Positions 48,828-56,609 of a stretch of DNA of 64,000 bases are shown in pieces. A program made the position numbers and the translations under genes. The notes beneath the pieces are model-generated. The model ran no database searches. It was not told the origin of the DNA and saw nothing but the letters and a program-made list of their open reading frames with translations. The stretch comes from Bacteroidaceae bacterium (GTDB lineage Archaea; Thermoplasmatota; Thermoplasmata; Methanomassiliicoccales; Methanomethylophilaceae), in contig CAVKKO010000001.1 of assembly GCA_963656905.1 (NCBI GenBank), positions 4,476 through 68,475 of the forward strand, read 5' to 3'. Within the stretch, counting starts at the first letter, position 1; every line of letters begins with the position of its first letter.

Positions 48828-49214
48828 ATGCAAGACACTGTGATAGACTTGAGCAAGGCTGTGCTCTGGGACCCTGACGATGACAAGGTGCGCATAGAAG
48901 GGGATGCGCTGAAAGGGCACGTCTTCATCCCTGCCGAGAGGTACGGGAAGAGGACAAGAGTAATCATCGCGTCGCGCACAGACTGCGAGGTGCGCACAAT
49001 GCGCATGACAACGCAATGCCTGATCGACGTGTGCGGCAAGGCGCTCAGAACATACGATTTCACCGCATCCACGGGAGAAGTGCTGACCGCAATCAACGGC
49101 ACCGAAAGGAACCTGCTGATGGGCAAGGGCGCCGTCTCCGTGTCCAAGGAAGCGGTAAGGCGCATGAAGAAGACCGTCAAGAACGCCGACTTCAGACTGA
49201 TGGTGCTCATATGA
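48828..49214 (+). CDS. DUF2080/AbrB-like protein
   Basis: GHVFIPAERYGKRTRVII. Confidence 0.5.
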   Translation: MQDTVIDLSKAVLWDPDDDKVRIEGDALKGHVFIPAERYGKRTRVIIASRTDCEVRTMRMTTQCLIDVCGKALRTYDFTASTGEVLTAINGTERNLLMGKGAVSVSKEAVRRMKKTVKNADFRLMVLI

Positions 49215-49573
49215 CATTGGAAGAATCCGTCGGCATGGAAACGTTCGACCCTCGCCTGCTCTCCGACACGGCATTGCCATTGGACAGCCTGGACATGGAC
49301 CAGGCAAGAGAGGCATTGGCGTGGTGCGACGAGCAGCTTGCGATGTGGAAGAGCGCCACAGAGGTCTTGAAGGAGTGCTGGGGCAAGGCGCAGGCTGTCG
49401 GAGACGCTATGTCGCGCGTCTCCGCAGGCTATCCCGACCCGTGCTGGACGCTGGCGATGATGTTGCACAGCACAGCGCATCAGCATGCCTGCGCGCATGA
49501 CATAGCCGCCAAGCGCGTCAAAGAGCTCGAACATATGAGAGCGTCTCTCGCCGAGAGCATCGGGATGCAATAA
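49211..49573 (+). CDS. Hypothetical protein
   Basis: ATGA coupling. Confidence 0.65.
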   Translation: MTLEESVGMETFDPRLLSDTALPLDSLDMDQAREALAWCDEQLAMWKSATEVLKECWGKAQAVGDAMSRVSAGYPDPCWTLAMMLHSTAHQHACAHDIAAKRVKELEHMRASLAESIGMQ

Positions 49574-49625
49574 ACTATATATAGACATGAATGATACTGA
49601 ATATTGGCAATCTAACCGGATTGTG

Positions 49626-49706
49626 TATCTCTTTGGTCTTCGTCCGATGACCCCGGAGCGAGTCTGACATTTCCTCGCTCCGGGCGAGGACCGACCAAGA
49701 GGGATA
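49626..49706 (+). ncRNA. Kink-turn hairpin (5' UTR or small RNA)
   Basis: GUCC-[GAU]-GA-C-11 bp stem-C-GA-GGAC. Confidence 0.6.
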
Positions 49707-49716
49707 GGACCGAGAG

Positions 49717-50322
49717 GTGAATGAAGATGAAGAACATCGAGATAGCAGGGGCGGTAGATTGATCTATCGCTCGACGAAGAGCAGCACGGGACGTAACTTC
49801 GTTTCAGAGGAGGACGTCATGGCTGCAGTGGAAGAGAGCCCGGGCGCCAGTTATCGGGACATCGCGCGCCGTCTGGATGTGTGCATGACCACTATCAGGC
49901 GCCATATGCGCATTCTGATAGCTCAAGGGAAGGTAGAGGTGAGGAGGGCTCCCGACTCATCTCACATGTACTTGGTGTACAGCAACATCTATGACGCTGC
50001 AGAGGATGCGACGATGCGCGCCGTGAGGGCGTTCTTCGCAAGGGCGTCGCCATATGCCCGTAACCCGGGGCAGGTCGTCACGTACACAGAGAGCGTAGCC
50101 GTTGTCAGGATAATCCAGCACAGAGGACTGTTCACGCTGAACGTGCTGTGCGAGGGAGAGAGCCGTTCGAAGACCCTGAGCTTCGACCTGTGCGTAGACG
50201 GCGTCAGAAGGCTGCATGGCGGCATGCCCCTGCCGATGATGGGGCTCAAGAGGACGGAGGCCCCGGAGGGCACCGTCATCTATTCCAAAGACATGTCCAT
50301 CGTGACTGAGGTGAGCATATGA
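49717..50322 (+). CDS. HTH transcription regulator (start may be TTG 49759)
   Basis: SPGASYRDIARRLDVCMTTIRRHMRILIAQGKV. Confidence 0.8.
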   Translation: MNEDEEHRDSRGGRLIYRSTKSSTGRNFVSEEDVMAAVEESPGASYRDIARRLDVCMTTIRRHMRILIAQGKVEVRRAPDSSHMYLVYSNIYDAAEDATMRAVRAFFARASPYARNPGQVVTYTESVAVVRIIQHRGLFTLNVLCEGESRSKTLSFDLCVDGVRRLHGGMPLPMMGLKRTEAPEGTVIYSKDMSIVTEVSI

Positions 50323-50462
50323 GCGTTCGCGCAGAGCTGTGGTCCTCAAAGGGCCGCCTCGTCATGTCGCAGGTCTATTGCGGCGACAAAGAGTGGATAA
50401 AGGAGCAGATCGCGACGCAGAACGAGCTGGTATTCCTGCGTCCCTGCGGAGGTGAAGAATGA
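50319..50462 (+). CDS. Small protein (47 aa)
   Basis: Hand translation MSVRAELWSSK...; coupled on both sides. Confidence 0.6.
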   Translation: MSVRAELWSSKGRLVMSQVYCGDKEWIKEQIATQNELVFLRPCGGEE

Positions 50463-50824
50463 CAACGCATCAAGAGCTGTTGGACAAATGGAGCAAAGAA
50501 TACGGGCTGGACCCCTCCAAGACGACGTTCGTGGGGTTCGAGGACCTAGGGGGGTCCCTCCACGAGGGGTTCACCATGGGGGTCTGCAGATGGGGCAACG
50601 GCAAGGCAGAGGTGGCCCTGGGCAACAGGTTCGACGGGAAGCTGGGGTGGCTGGAGACATCTGTGCTGTGGCACGAGATGTGCCATGCCATCGCCTATCT
50701 GGAGGACCTGAAAGGCAACGGGCACGATGCCCGGTGGAGAGAGCTGAGGAATTCGAAGAAAGCGTACATGATAGGCGATTGGGTCGCTAAAATCGCCTAC
50801 GTGTTCTGGAAGGTGAAGCAATGA
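50459..50824 (+). CDS. SprT-like zinc metalloprotease
   Basis: VLWHEMCH...GHDARW. Confidence 0.85.
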   Translation: MTTHQELLDKWSKEYGLDPSKTTFVGFEDLGGSLHEGFTMGVCRWGNGKAEVALGNRFDGKLGWLETSVLWHEMCHAIAYLEDLKGNGHDARWRELRNSKKAYMIGDWVAKIAYVFWKVKQ

Positions 50825-51186
50825 ACGAGAGATCGGAGAAAGCATACGACAGGCGGACCATCCGCACAAAAGCGGATTTCCTGATGGAGCAGTCTTGGGC
50901 ATTCATGAGACTGGCCAAGAAAGCATTCGAGTGCGGAGAACTGTCCTTTGGAGATTACAAATATCTCAGGAACAGGGGAGAGAGCGCAAGGCATCAGTTC
51001 CAGAAAGCCATCAACGCGATGGATGCGCCGACGTCCTGTGAGACGTGCGCCCACTGGCACGACGAGGATTGCAACGCGATGGAGAGAATGTCCTCTTATG
51101 ACGTGGCCATGAGCAACGAAGGGCACTGCCCCCGCTGGCTGAGGATAGAAGAAGAGGAAGAAGAAACCATGGAGGAGTCCGAGTGA
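50821..51186 (+). CDS. Cys-containing hypothetical protein
   Basis: CETCAHW...C...CPRW. Confidence 0.65.
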   Translation: MNERSEKAYDRRTIRTKADFLMEQSWAFMRLAKKAFECGELSFGDYKYLRNRGESARHQFQKAINAMDAPTSCETCAHWHDEDCNAMERMSSYDVAMSNEGHCPRWLRIEEEEEETMEESE

Positions 51187-51246
51187 CCTGGTGCGGCCAC
51201 GACCCGGACGGAGAAAGACCTTAGACCGAAGAGGAGATGAGAGAAG

Positions 51247-51750
51247 ATGAGTGTGAAGAGATGTCCGAAGAGAGAATGCCACGACTGCAAGCACGTCGTA
51301 GATATAGAGGAAGATATAACGGGCAGAGACCTGATCACCTGCGAGCTGGACGCATGCAAGTACGAATCCTGCATAAAGCAGGTCGAGTCTGTGTTCAGGC
51401 CCTGCCCGCTGTGCGGGCGCAGGCTCATGGCAGACGACCTGGCGTTCGTAGACGATGAAGGAATGCCCTTCGAAGAGATGTCGCATATAGTCGATTTCGA
51501 TAACGTCGCGGATGTGAAGAAGAACGCCATGTGCAAGTCCGACCGTATCGCTGCGAATAGGCGCAAGGACAAGAGGTGGATGGCAGAGGCAGAAGAGGTG
51601 TATGAGTATGCTGTAAGCCACGTGGAATACCTGGTCCTGAGCTGCAAATGCGGCTTCCACTTCAGTTTGTACGCTGAGGACGTGCGCTTCCCTGAGAAGG
51701 GCTGGCTGAACAGATATTGCGAGAAGGCGAACAGGAGGGCGACAGAATGA
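51247..51750 (+). CDS. Zinc-finger protein (Lar-like)
   Basis: RPCPLCG...CKCG...ANRRA. Confidence 0.65.
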   Translation: MSVKRCPKRECHDCKHVVDIEEDITGRDLITCELDACKYESCIKQVESVFRPCPLCGRRLMADDLAFVDDEGMPFEEMSHIVDFDNVADVKKNAMCKSDRIAANRRKDKRWMAEAEEVYEYAVSHVEYLVLSCKCGFHFSLYAEDVRFPEKGWLNRYCEKANRRATE

Positions 51751-51935
51751 ACAGGAGATACTGCGACAGATGCGGCAAGGAGATACACCCCGGCGTCTGT
51801 AAGAACCACAGGTTGCATCACGCATGTCCATACTTCCCCGAGATAAATGGCGCAGACTCTTACGAGGACTACAACTACAGCCTCTGTATGGATTGCGCAG
51901 AGGCGTTCAAGCTTTGGATGGGTGGTGCGGAATGA
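51747..51935 (+). CDS. Small zinc-ribbon protein
   Basis: YCDRCGKEI...LCMDC. Confidence 0.7.
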   Translation: MNRRYCDRCGKEIHPGVCKNHRLHHACPYFPEINGADSYEDYNYSLCMDCAEAFKLWMGGAE

Positions 51936-52015
51936 CCTCGACAACGGTCACTACCTGCAACAGACTGGGAACTGTTCAGATGAAGAGAAATGACGAGATG
52001 TGAAGAGTTGATAGA

Positions 52016-52420
52016 ATGGATATGAACATAACTCTCGAAGACGGATTGAGGCTGAGCGAGCTGAAAGGACAGCTCGCACAGCTCCAATATAACCTTGACC
52101 ACATCGACATAACCATGTTGCCTACCGAAATATGGATATGTCTGCTCATAGGTCTCCTTATCGGGGTGTTGTCTAGCGCGCTGTATTCGATATACATCCC
52201 CGACGAGGGGTGGTATGGCAAGCACGGAGAAGAGTTCGTCAGGAAGCGCAAGAGACAGAAATGCGTATGGCTGATAGCTACCGTGGCTATCGCTATGGCC
52301 CTATGCTTCATGGCATGCCATTGCGCGGAGCTCATCACCATCAATTCTATTCAGTCGGATATGGCGGGCGTACAGGCGCAGATAGACGGGATTCTGTCGA
52401 AATACGAGGTGCGAGCATGA
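52016..52420 (+). CDS. Membrane protein (two predicted TM segments)
   Basis: Two hydrophobic stretches. Confidence 0.7.
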   Translation: MDMNITLEDGLRLSELKGQLAQLQYNLDHIDITMLPTEIWICLLIGLLIGVLSSALYSIYIPDEGWYGKHGEEFVRKRKRQKCVWLIATVAIAMALCFMACHCAELITINSIQSDMAGVQAQIDGILSKYEVRA

Positions 52421-52683
52421 GCGGCGGAACGTTGGAATGGACATACCTGATAGGCGATTGGCTCTATGCTCTCAGAAGGGACGAGAACAAGCTTGTCAAC
52501 ACGCAGGTCGCAGGGCTCGCCAAGGAGTTCAGGGACCTCATAGAGGAAGCGGACCTGTACCTCTCCGGGGATACGGGAGAGGAGAGAATGCAGAAGGCGT
52601 GGAAGCGCTTCTGCGAGAACACGGGCATGCCCGAAGACGCATGCAATATATCCTGGGAAGAGGATTACGACTTGGAGGAATGA
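52417..52683 (+). CDS. Phage-type hypothetical protein
   Basis: MSGGTLEW...ADLYLSGDTGEE. Confidence 0.7.
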   Translation: MSGGTLEWTYLIGDWLYALRRDENKLVNTQVAGLAKEFRDLIEEADLYLSGDTGEERMQKAWKRFCENTGMPEDACNISWEEDYDLEE

Positions 52684-52916
52684 GAATGGAACCGCAAGAT
52701 ATGGCACTGATATGCGGAGTCCTCGGACTGATCATGGGGTTCGCCCTGGGACTGCTCGGAGTGATTCTCGCCGTGATAGTGGGCCTCGTGATGGTCGTCG
52801 TCTATAAGGACGATGAGAACAACGCAGGGCTCGGAGCGATGGCATCATCGCTCGTGGGCGGCATATTCGGATGGATGATATACGCCGTGCTGCTGAAAGC
52901 GGCATGGGGCTTCTGA
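52680..52916 (+). CDS. Small membrane protein
   Basis: Hydrophobic and Gly-rich. Confidence 0.7.
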   Translation: MRMEPQDMALICGVLGLIMGFALGLLGVILAVIVGLVMVVVYKDDENNAGLGAMASSLVGGIFGWMIYAVLLKAAWGF

Positions 52917-52928
52917 CGAGGCGAGACC

Positions 52929-53087
52929 ATGACCGACGCTATGGATTCATTCGTCAACGGCCCCTTGAGCGTCTTCGCAGATGCGCTGGCGCATTGCAAG
53001 ACGAGGGGGGGCTATACCGTGCGCGAGAGCGCGATGCTGGACATACTGGACAAGGCATTGTCCCAAATGCCCAAGCCGGGCGAATGA
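52929..53087 (+). CDS. Small protein (52 aa)
   Basis: GAGG RBS; MTDAMDSFVNG.... Confidence 0.55.
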   Translation: MTDAMDSFVNGPLSVFADALAHCKTRGGYTVRESAMLDILDKALSQMPKPGE

Positions 53088-53110
53088 CATCCTCTGAAAC
53101 CTCTTACCCT

Positions 53111-53183
53111 AGTCCTGTGGCGCAACGGTCAATCGCTCCTGACTTTGAATCAGGCGACCTCGGTTCGAATCCGAGCAGGACTG
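53111..53183 (+). tRNA. trnQ: tRNA-Gln(TTG), CCA not encoded
   Basis: Acceptor AGTCCTG/CAGGACT; anticodon arm CCTGA-CT-TTG-AA-TCAGG; T arm CTCGG-TTCGAAT-CCGAG. Confidence 0.95.
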
Positions 53184-53190
53184 CTCTCTA

Positions 53191-53227
53191 AAAAAGTAAT
53201 ACATTTTTATATCAAAAAGTAATACAT
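53191..53227 (+). promoter_or_regulatory. TATA box flanked by the direct repeat AAAAAGTAATACAT
   Basis: Copies at 53191 and 53214 around TTTTTATA; ATG at 53237. Confidence 0.65.
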
Positions 53228-53236
53228 CTTCTTGCT

Positions 53237-53848
53237 ATGACTCAAAGCACAGCAGTGAAGACAGTCACACGCCAGGGCAACTCCCTGGTCGTGATGATCT
53301 CTAAAGAAGCAAAGCAGATGGGCATCAAAGACGGCGACAAGGTGGAGATCTCCATCTCTCCTGCGAACATGCCCGCAGAGAACAGGTTCTTTGGCTTGCA
53401 GGCGCTCAGGCTCTTGCTGGACGGGCATATGCTCAAGTCCATCGACAGCCCCGTCGCAAGGAGCGAGGACGACGTCATCTATGCGATACTGGACCCTCTC
53501 GGGCTCTGCGGCGAAGGACAGCCCAAGACCAGCGCAGATATCTGGCTGGCGTTCGGCGAGCCCGCAGGAAACAGGCCTGCGAGGACATGGGTATCCAGAT
53601 GCAACGATGTGCTCGCTCTCGTCACCGCAATGAACTGGTCTGTCGAATCCTGCAAAGATGCCGACGAGATGACTCTCAACACCAAGGCCTACCTGGCAAT
53701 AATCCAAGATGCCAAAGAGGTGCTCGCCGCGAAAGGCATCGAGATAACCGAGGAAGAAGTCGACAAGATGATAATGAAACTCAACGACATCGGATGGGAC
53801 TACGACAAGAAGGAGAACAAGGGGGTCTACGATGGCAACAGGCTCTGA
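53237..53848 (+). CDS. AbrB/SpoVT-domain protein
   Basis: VTRQGNSLVVMISKEAKQMGIKDGDKVEISI. Confidence 0.8.
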   Translation: MTQSTAVKTVTRQGNSLVVMISKEAKQMGIKDGDKVEISISPANMPAENRFFGLQALRLLLDGHMLKSIDSPVARSEDDVIYAILDPLGLCGEGQPKTSADIWLAFGEPAGNRPARTWVSRCNDVLALVTAMNWSVESCKDADEMTLNTKAYLAIIQDAKEVLAAKGIEITEEEVDKMIMKLNDIGWDYDKKENKGVYDGNRL

Positions 53849-54062
53849 GGCCCTGAAGCTCTTCGAAGAGGGCAAAGTTCTGGAGTCGGACATGGGGGGA
53901 GGCGTCAAATTACGCTACAACCCCATGACCCGTAAAATGGAGGCTCTGCACGAGGGGCAGATTCCGGTCAGCCCCGAATACGAGAACCAGTGGGTCGAGG
54001 TCGGCGCAGATATAGCCATGCTGTTCAAGTACGACTGGAAGGAAGTGGAGGAGTTGGAATGA
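53832..54062 (+). CDS. Hypothetical protein, possible DUF2829-like
   Basis: EALKLFEEGK...MLFKYDWKEVE. Confidence 0.6.
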   Translation: MATGSEALKLFEEGKVLESDMGGGVKLRYNPMTRKMEALHEGQIPVSPEYENQWVEVGADIAMLFKYDWKEVEELE

Positions 54063-54559
54063 AGGCCCTCGGCGACGTCAAGATGCCCCGCAGGAGCACC
54101 AAGCAGAGCGCCTGCTACGATTTCTTCGCTCCTGACGACATCCACCTGTCTAAAGGCAATTGGACCGAGGTCGACTCGCTCATCGCATTGGACGGCAAGG
54201 AAACCCCTGAGCTGTCTCTGACCAGGCACAATGCGCATACCGGATTCGACGAAGATTTCACGGTCAAGGCGACAAGATGGGCCCTCTTTCTGTACCCTCG
54301 CTCCGGGCAGGGATTCAAGCACAAAGTCAGGTTCGCCAATACCGTCGGAGTGATCGACCAGGACTACAGAGGCAACATCAAGTGCATGCTGACTGCCGAG
54401 GAAGACGTCATCATCCCTAAGGGCACCGCATTCATGCAAGGGCTTTTCGTGCCGTTCCTGACCCTCCCAGATGAGATTCCCGTGGAGGTCGTGCGTAACG
54501 GCGGCTTCGGCTCGACCGATGCGCCCGCCCCGAAGCGTCGCAAGAAGGGGAGCCAATGA
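54059..54559 (+). CDS. dut: Trimeric dUTPase
   Basis: SACYD, PRSG, GVIDQDYRGNI, QG, RNGGFGST. Confidence 0.95.
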   Translation: MKALGDVKMPRRSTKQSACYDFFAPDDIHLSKGNWTEVDSLIALDGKETPELSLTRHNAHTGFDEDFTVKATRWALFLYPRSGQGFKHKVRFANTVGVIDQDYRGNIKCMLTAEEDVIIPKGTAFMQGLFVPFLTLPDEIPVEVVRNGGFGSTDAPAPKRRKKGSQ

Positions 54560-54825
54560 GGACGTCCCCCAGGGTCAATGTCACAGGGCAATGCCCCAGG
54601 TGCAAATCCTATGACGTGGAAAAAACGAGCTTTCCATTCCCAAGCATAGGCATCCTTGTCCAGACAAGGTGCGCCACATGCGGGTTCTGGGTCGGGAACT
54701 GCTCCTTCGACAACGGCAAGGGAACGATAGAGCACAGGGGCTTCATGGAAGGCGGGGCATTGCCCCCCGATCTCCCTATGCCGATAAAGAGGACGGTGAT
54801 GGAATGGCGAGGATATCAGAAGTGA
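54556..54825 (+). CDS. Zinc-ribbon protein
   Basis: CPRC...CATC. Confidence 0.65.
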   Translation: MRTSPRVNVTGQCPRCKSYDVEKTSFPFPSIGILVQTRCATCGFWVGNCSFDNGKGTIEHRGFMEGGALPPDLPMPIKRTVMEWRGYQK

Positions 54826-55544
54826 AGGCGCGCTGGAGCGAGATGTGCCCCTACATGAACGATGTGGAGTTCGTCTTCCTGGACACGCCTATGATGTCCC
54901 TGGCTCCTGCCATCTCCACCGAGCTGGTCGACAACAGGGCAGTGTGCTACGTCACCGCCCCTCAGCTCGTCACCTATCTGAACGACGAGGCCCTCGATGA
55001 ATGGCTAGGGGGGGTCAAGGAATACCTGGAGGGTGGGGTCGACAAACCGAGGGTGGTGGGCCCTGCCGTGCGCTCATCGCTGGCATCCCAGCAGTTCAAG
55101 CACAATCTGGACAAGAAGGTGCTCCAGTTCCACGGGTGGTCCCCGTCGAAGCAGTTCCGCCATTCTCTGGACAGCCGTTTCGCATCCCAGGTCATCGCCG
55201 TCAGAGAGCGTGTTCCCGTTGCCAACAAGAACCTGAAGGGGCTGCACATCTACCCCAGGCCGTGCAAGGCCGACCCTGTCGAAGACTCGCCTGTGAGCGT
55301 GTCGTACCTGGCAGGGCTGATGCTGGTGGACGGCCCCGCGCTCGCTTCCGACAAGGACCTGGTGACGTTCATCGTCGGCTTCTACCTGTTCAGGATGGGA
55401 GCGATGCAGCTCCTGGACACGGGCGAGATAGCTGTGCCGGGGCTGGACGAGTACCTGGAGGCGATGCCCAACAGGACGACCAACGAACGCCTGGTGAAAC
55501 AATTGAGAGAGAGGAAGTGGATAGTCCCAGGGGTGACGGTATGA
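54804..55544 (+). CDS. Hypothetical protein, possible divergent YgjP-like
   Basis: Size and motif layout resemble 32342-33058. Confidence 0.6.
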   Translation: MARISEVKARWSEMCPYMNDVEFVFLDTPMMSLAPAISTELVDNRAVCYVTAPQLVTYLNDEALDEWLGGVKEYLEGGVDKPRVVGPAVRSSLASQQFKHNLDKKVLQFHGWSPSKQFRHSLDSRFASQVIAVRERVPVANKNLKGLHIYPRPCKADPVEDSPVSVSYLAGLMLVDGPALASDKDLVTFIVGFYLFRMGAMQLLDTGEIAVPGLDEYLEAMPNRTTNERLVKQLRERKWIVPGVTV

Positions 55545-56152
55545 GCGAGGATATAGACATAGGCGTGTTCACGCCTACCGATGTGACCGCAGAGATTCTG
55601 AACATCAGGAACCTGCTCTACGCGAAGCGCATGCTGGACTACTGCGGCATCGTGGAGGCGGAAGACCCCGACCTCAGCTACACGAGGGCCGTGGTCAAGC
55701 TGGTGACCCTCGCGCGCGTGTCGTCGGATGTGCTGACTGTGAGGGGGCTGTGCGACATACGTCCCGACGTGAGGGCAGACATGTCCCCTGCGGAGAGGCT
55801 CCAATGGAGAGTCTGCCTGACTATCGGTGCAGACGAGCACACCCGCATGATGCTCGAGTCCATAGTGTTCGAGAACACCAAGGCTATACTCAAATCAAAG
55901 GGGCTCAGGCTGGAGCTCAGGTTCGACACGGACCTGGAATCGCTGTACGGCGTCTTCGCGGCACGCACGGCAGGGCCGCTGGATGCCGACAAGCCCTGGA
56001 CGTTCATGCCTGAGCTGGACGAGGCGCATGTATATGTGCCTGCTCCATTGGGCATGAGCGCCGCATGGAGGCAATTGCGCAAGGAGGACCGCAGATGGGA
56101 GATAAAGAAGTCTGGAAAGGGGAAGGGTCGGATTGGGCCAGGCTCAGAATGA
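55541..56152 (+). CDS. Hypothetical protein
   Basis: ATGA coupling. Confidence 0.65.
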   Translation: MSEDIDIGVFTPTDVTAEILNIRNLLYAKRMLDYCGIVEAEDPDLSYTRAVVKLVTLARVSSDVLTVRGLCDIRPDVRADMSPAERLQWRVCLTIGADEHTRMMLESIVFENTKAILKSKGLRLELRFDTDLESLYGVFAARTAGPLDADKPWTFMPELDEAHVYVPAPLGMSAAWRQLRKEDRRWEIKKSGKGKGRIGPGSE

Positions 56153-56541
56153 TCTGGAGAGGGATGCGCAAGCGCGTAGAGAACCCCGCCTGCAAGGACT
56201 ATCGGCACTACAAGGAGCTGGGGGTCTATATCTGCGACGAATGGCACGATTTCGAGAACTTCTACAATTGGGCCATGACGCACGGCTACCGCGACGGGCT
56301 GACCCTCGACAGGGTCAGGAACGCCAACGGCCCCTATGCGCCCTGGAACTGCGTCTGGAAGTCGCGCAAGGCCCAGGCGTATAACCGCACCACCAACCAT
56401 CCTCTGAGGGCATCCAACGGCAAGATACGCACAGTAGTGCAATGGTCTGCTGAGACGGGGATACCCGAGTCCACCATACGCAAAAGACTATCTCTCGGGT
56501 GGACGGTCGATGAAGCTGTGGGATTGAAGAAAAGAGAGTGA
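56095..56541 (+). CDS. HNH-like endonuclease lacking its usual N-terminal domain
   Basis: IWRGMRKR.ENP...ICDEW.DF..F..WA...TLDRV...YAPWNCVW; C-terminal HTH. Confidence 0.8.
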   Translation: MGDKEVWKGEGSDWARLRMIWRGMRKRVENPACKDYRHYKELGVYICDEWHDFENFYNWAMTHGYRDGLTLDRVRNANGPYAPWNCVWKSRKAQAYNRTTNHPLRASNGKIRTVVQWSAETGIPESTIRKRLSLGWTVDEAVGLKKRE

Positions 56542-56603
56542 CCCCCTCTCCTCCGAGAGGGGGCAGGAGCAGTGTATGAACTGAAGGAGGGGCTTGCGCC
56601 CCT
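56542..56603. terminator. Two hairpins between convergent operons
   Basis: CCCCCTCTC/GAGAGGGGG and AGGGGC/GCCCCT. Confidence 0.5.
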
Positions 56604-56609
56604 GTTTCA

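Noticed and set aside
49640..49695. Hammerhead ribozyme or box C/D guide RNA
   Set aside because: CCGAUGA and CGAG deviate from the CUGAUGA and GAAA core, and the would-be guide region is self-paired; a kink-turn fits better.
51183..51458. Second TAG read-through ORF (GTG 51183, TAG 51222)
   Set aside because: Read-through would overlap the credible 51247 gene by more than 200 nt and gives an Arg-rich off-frame sequence.
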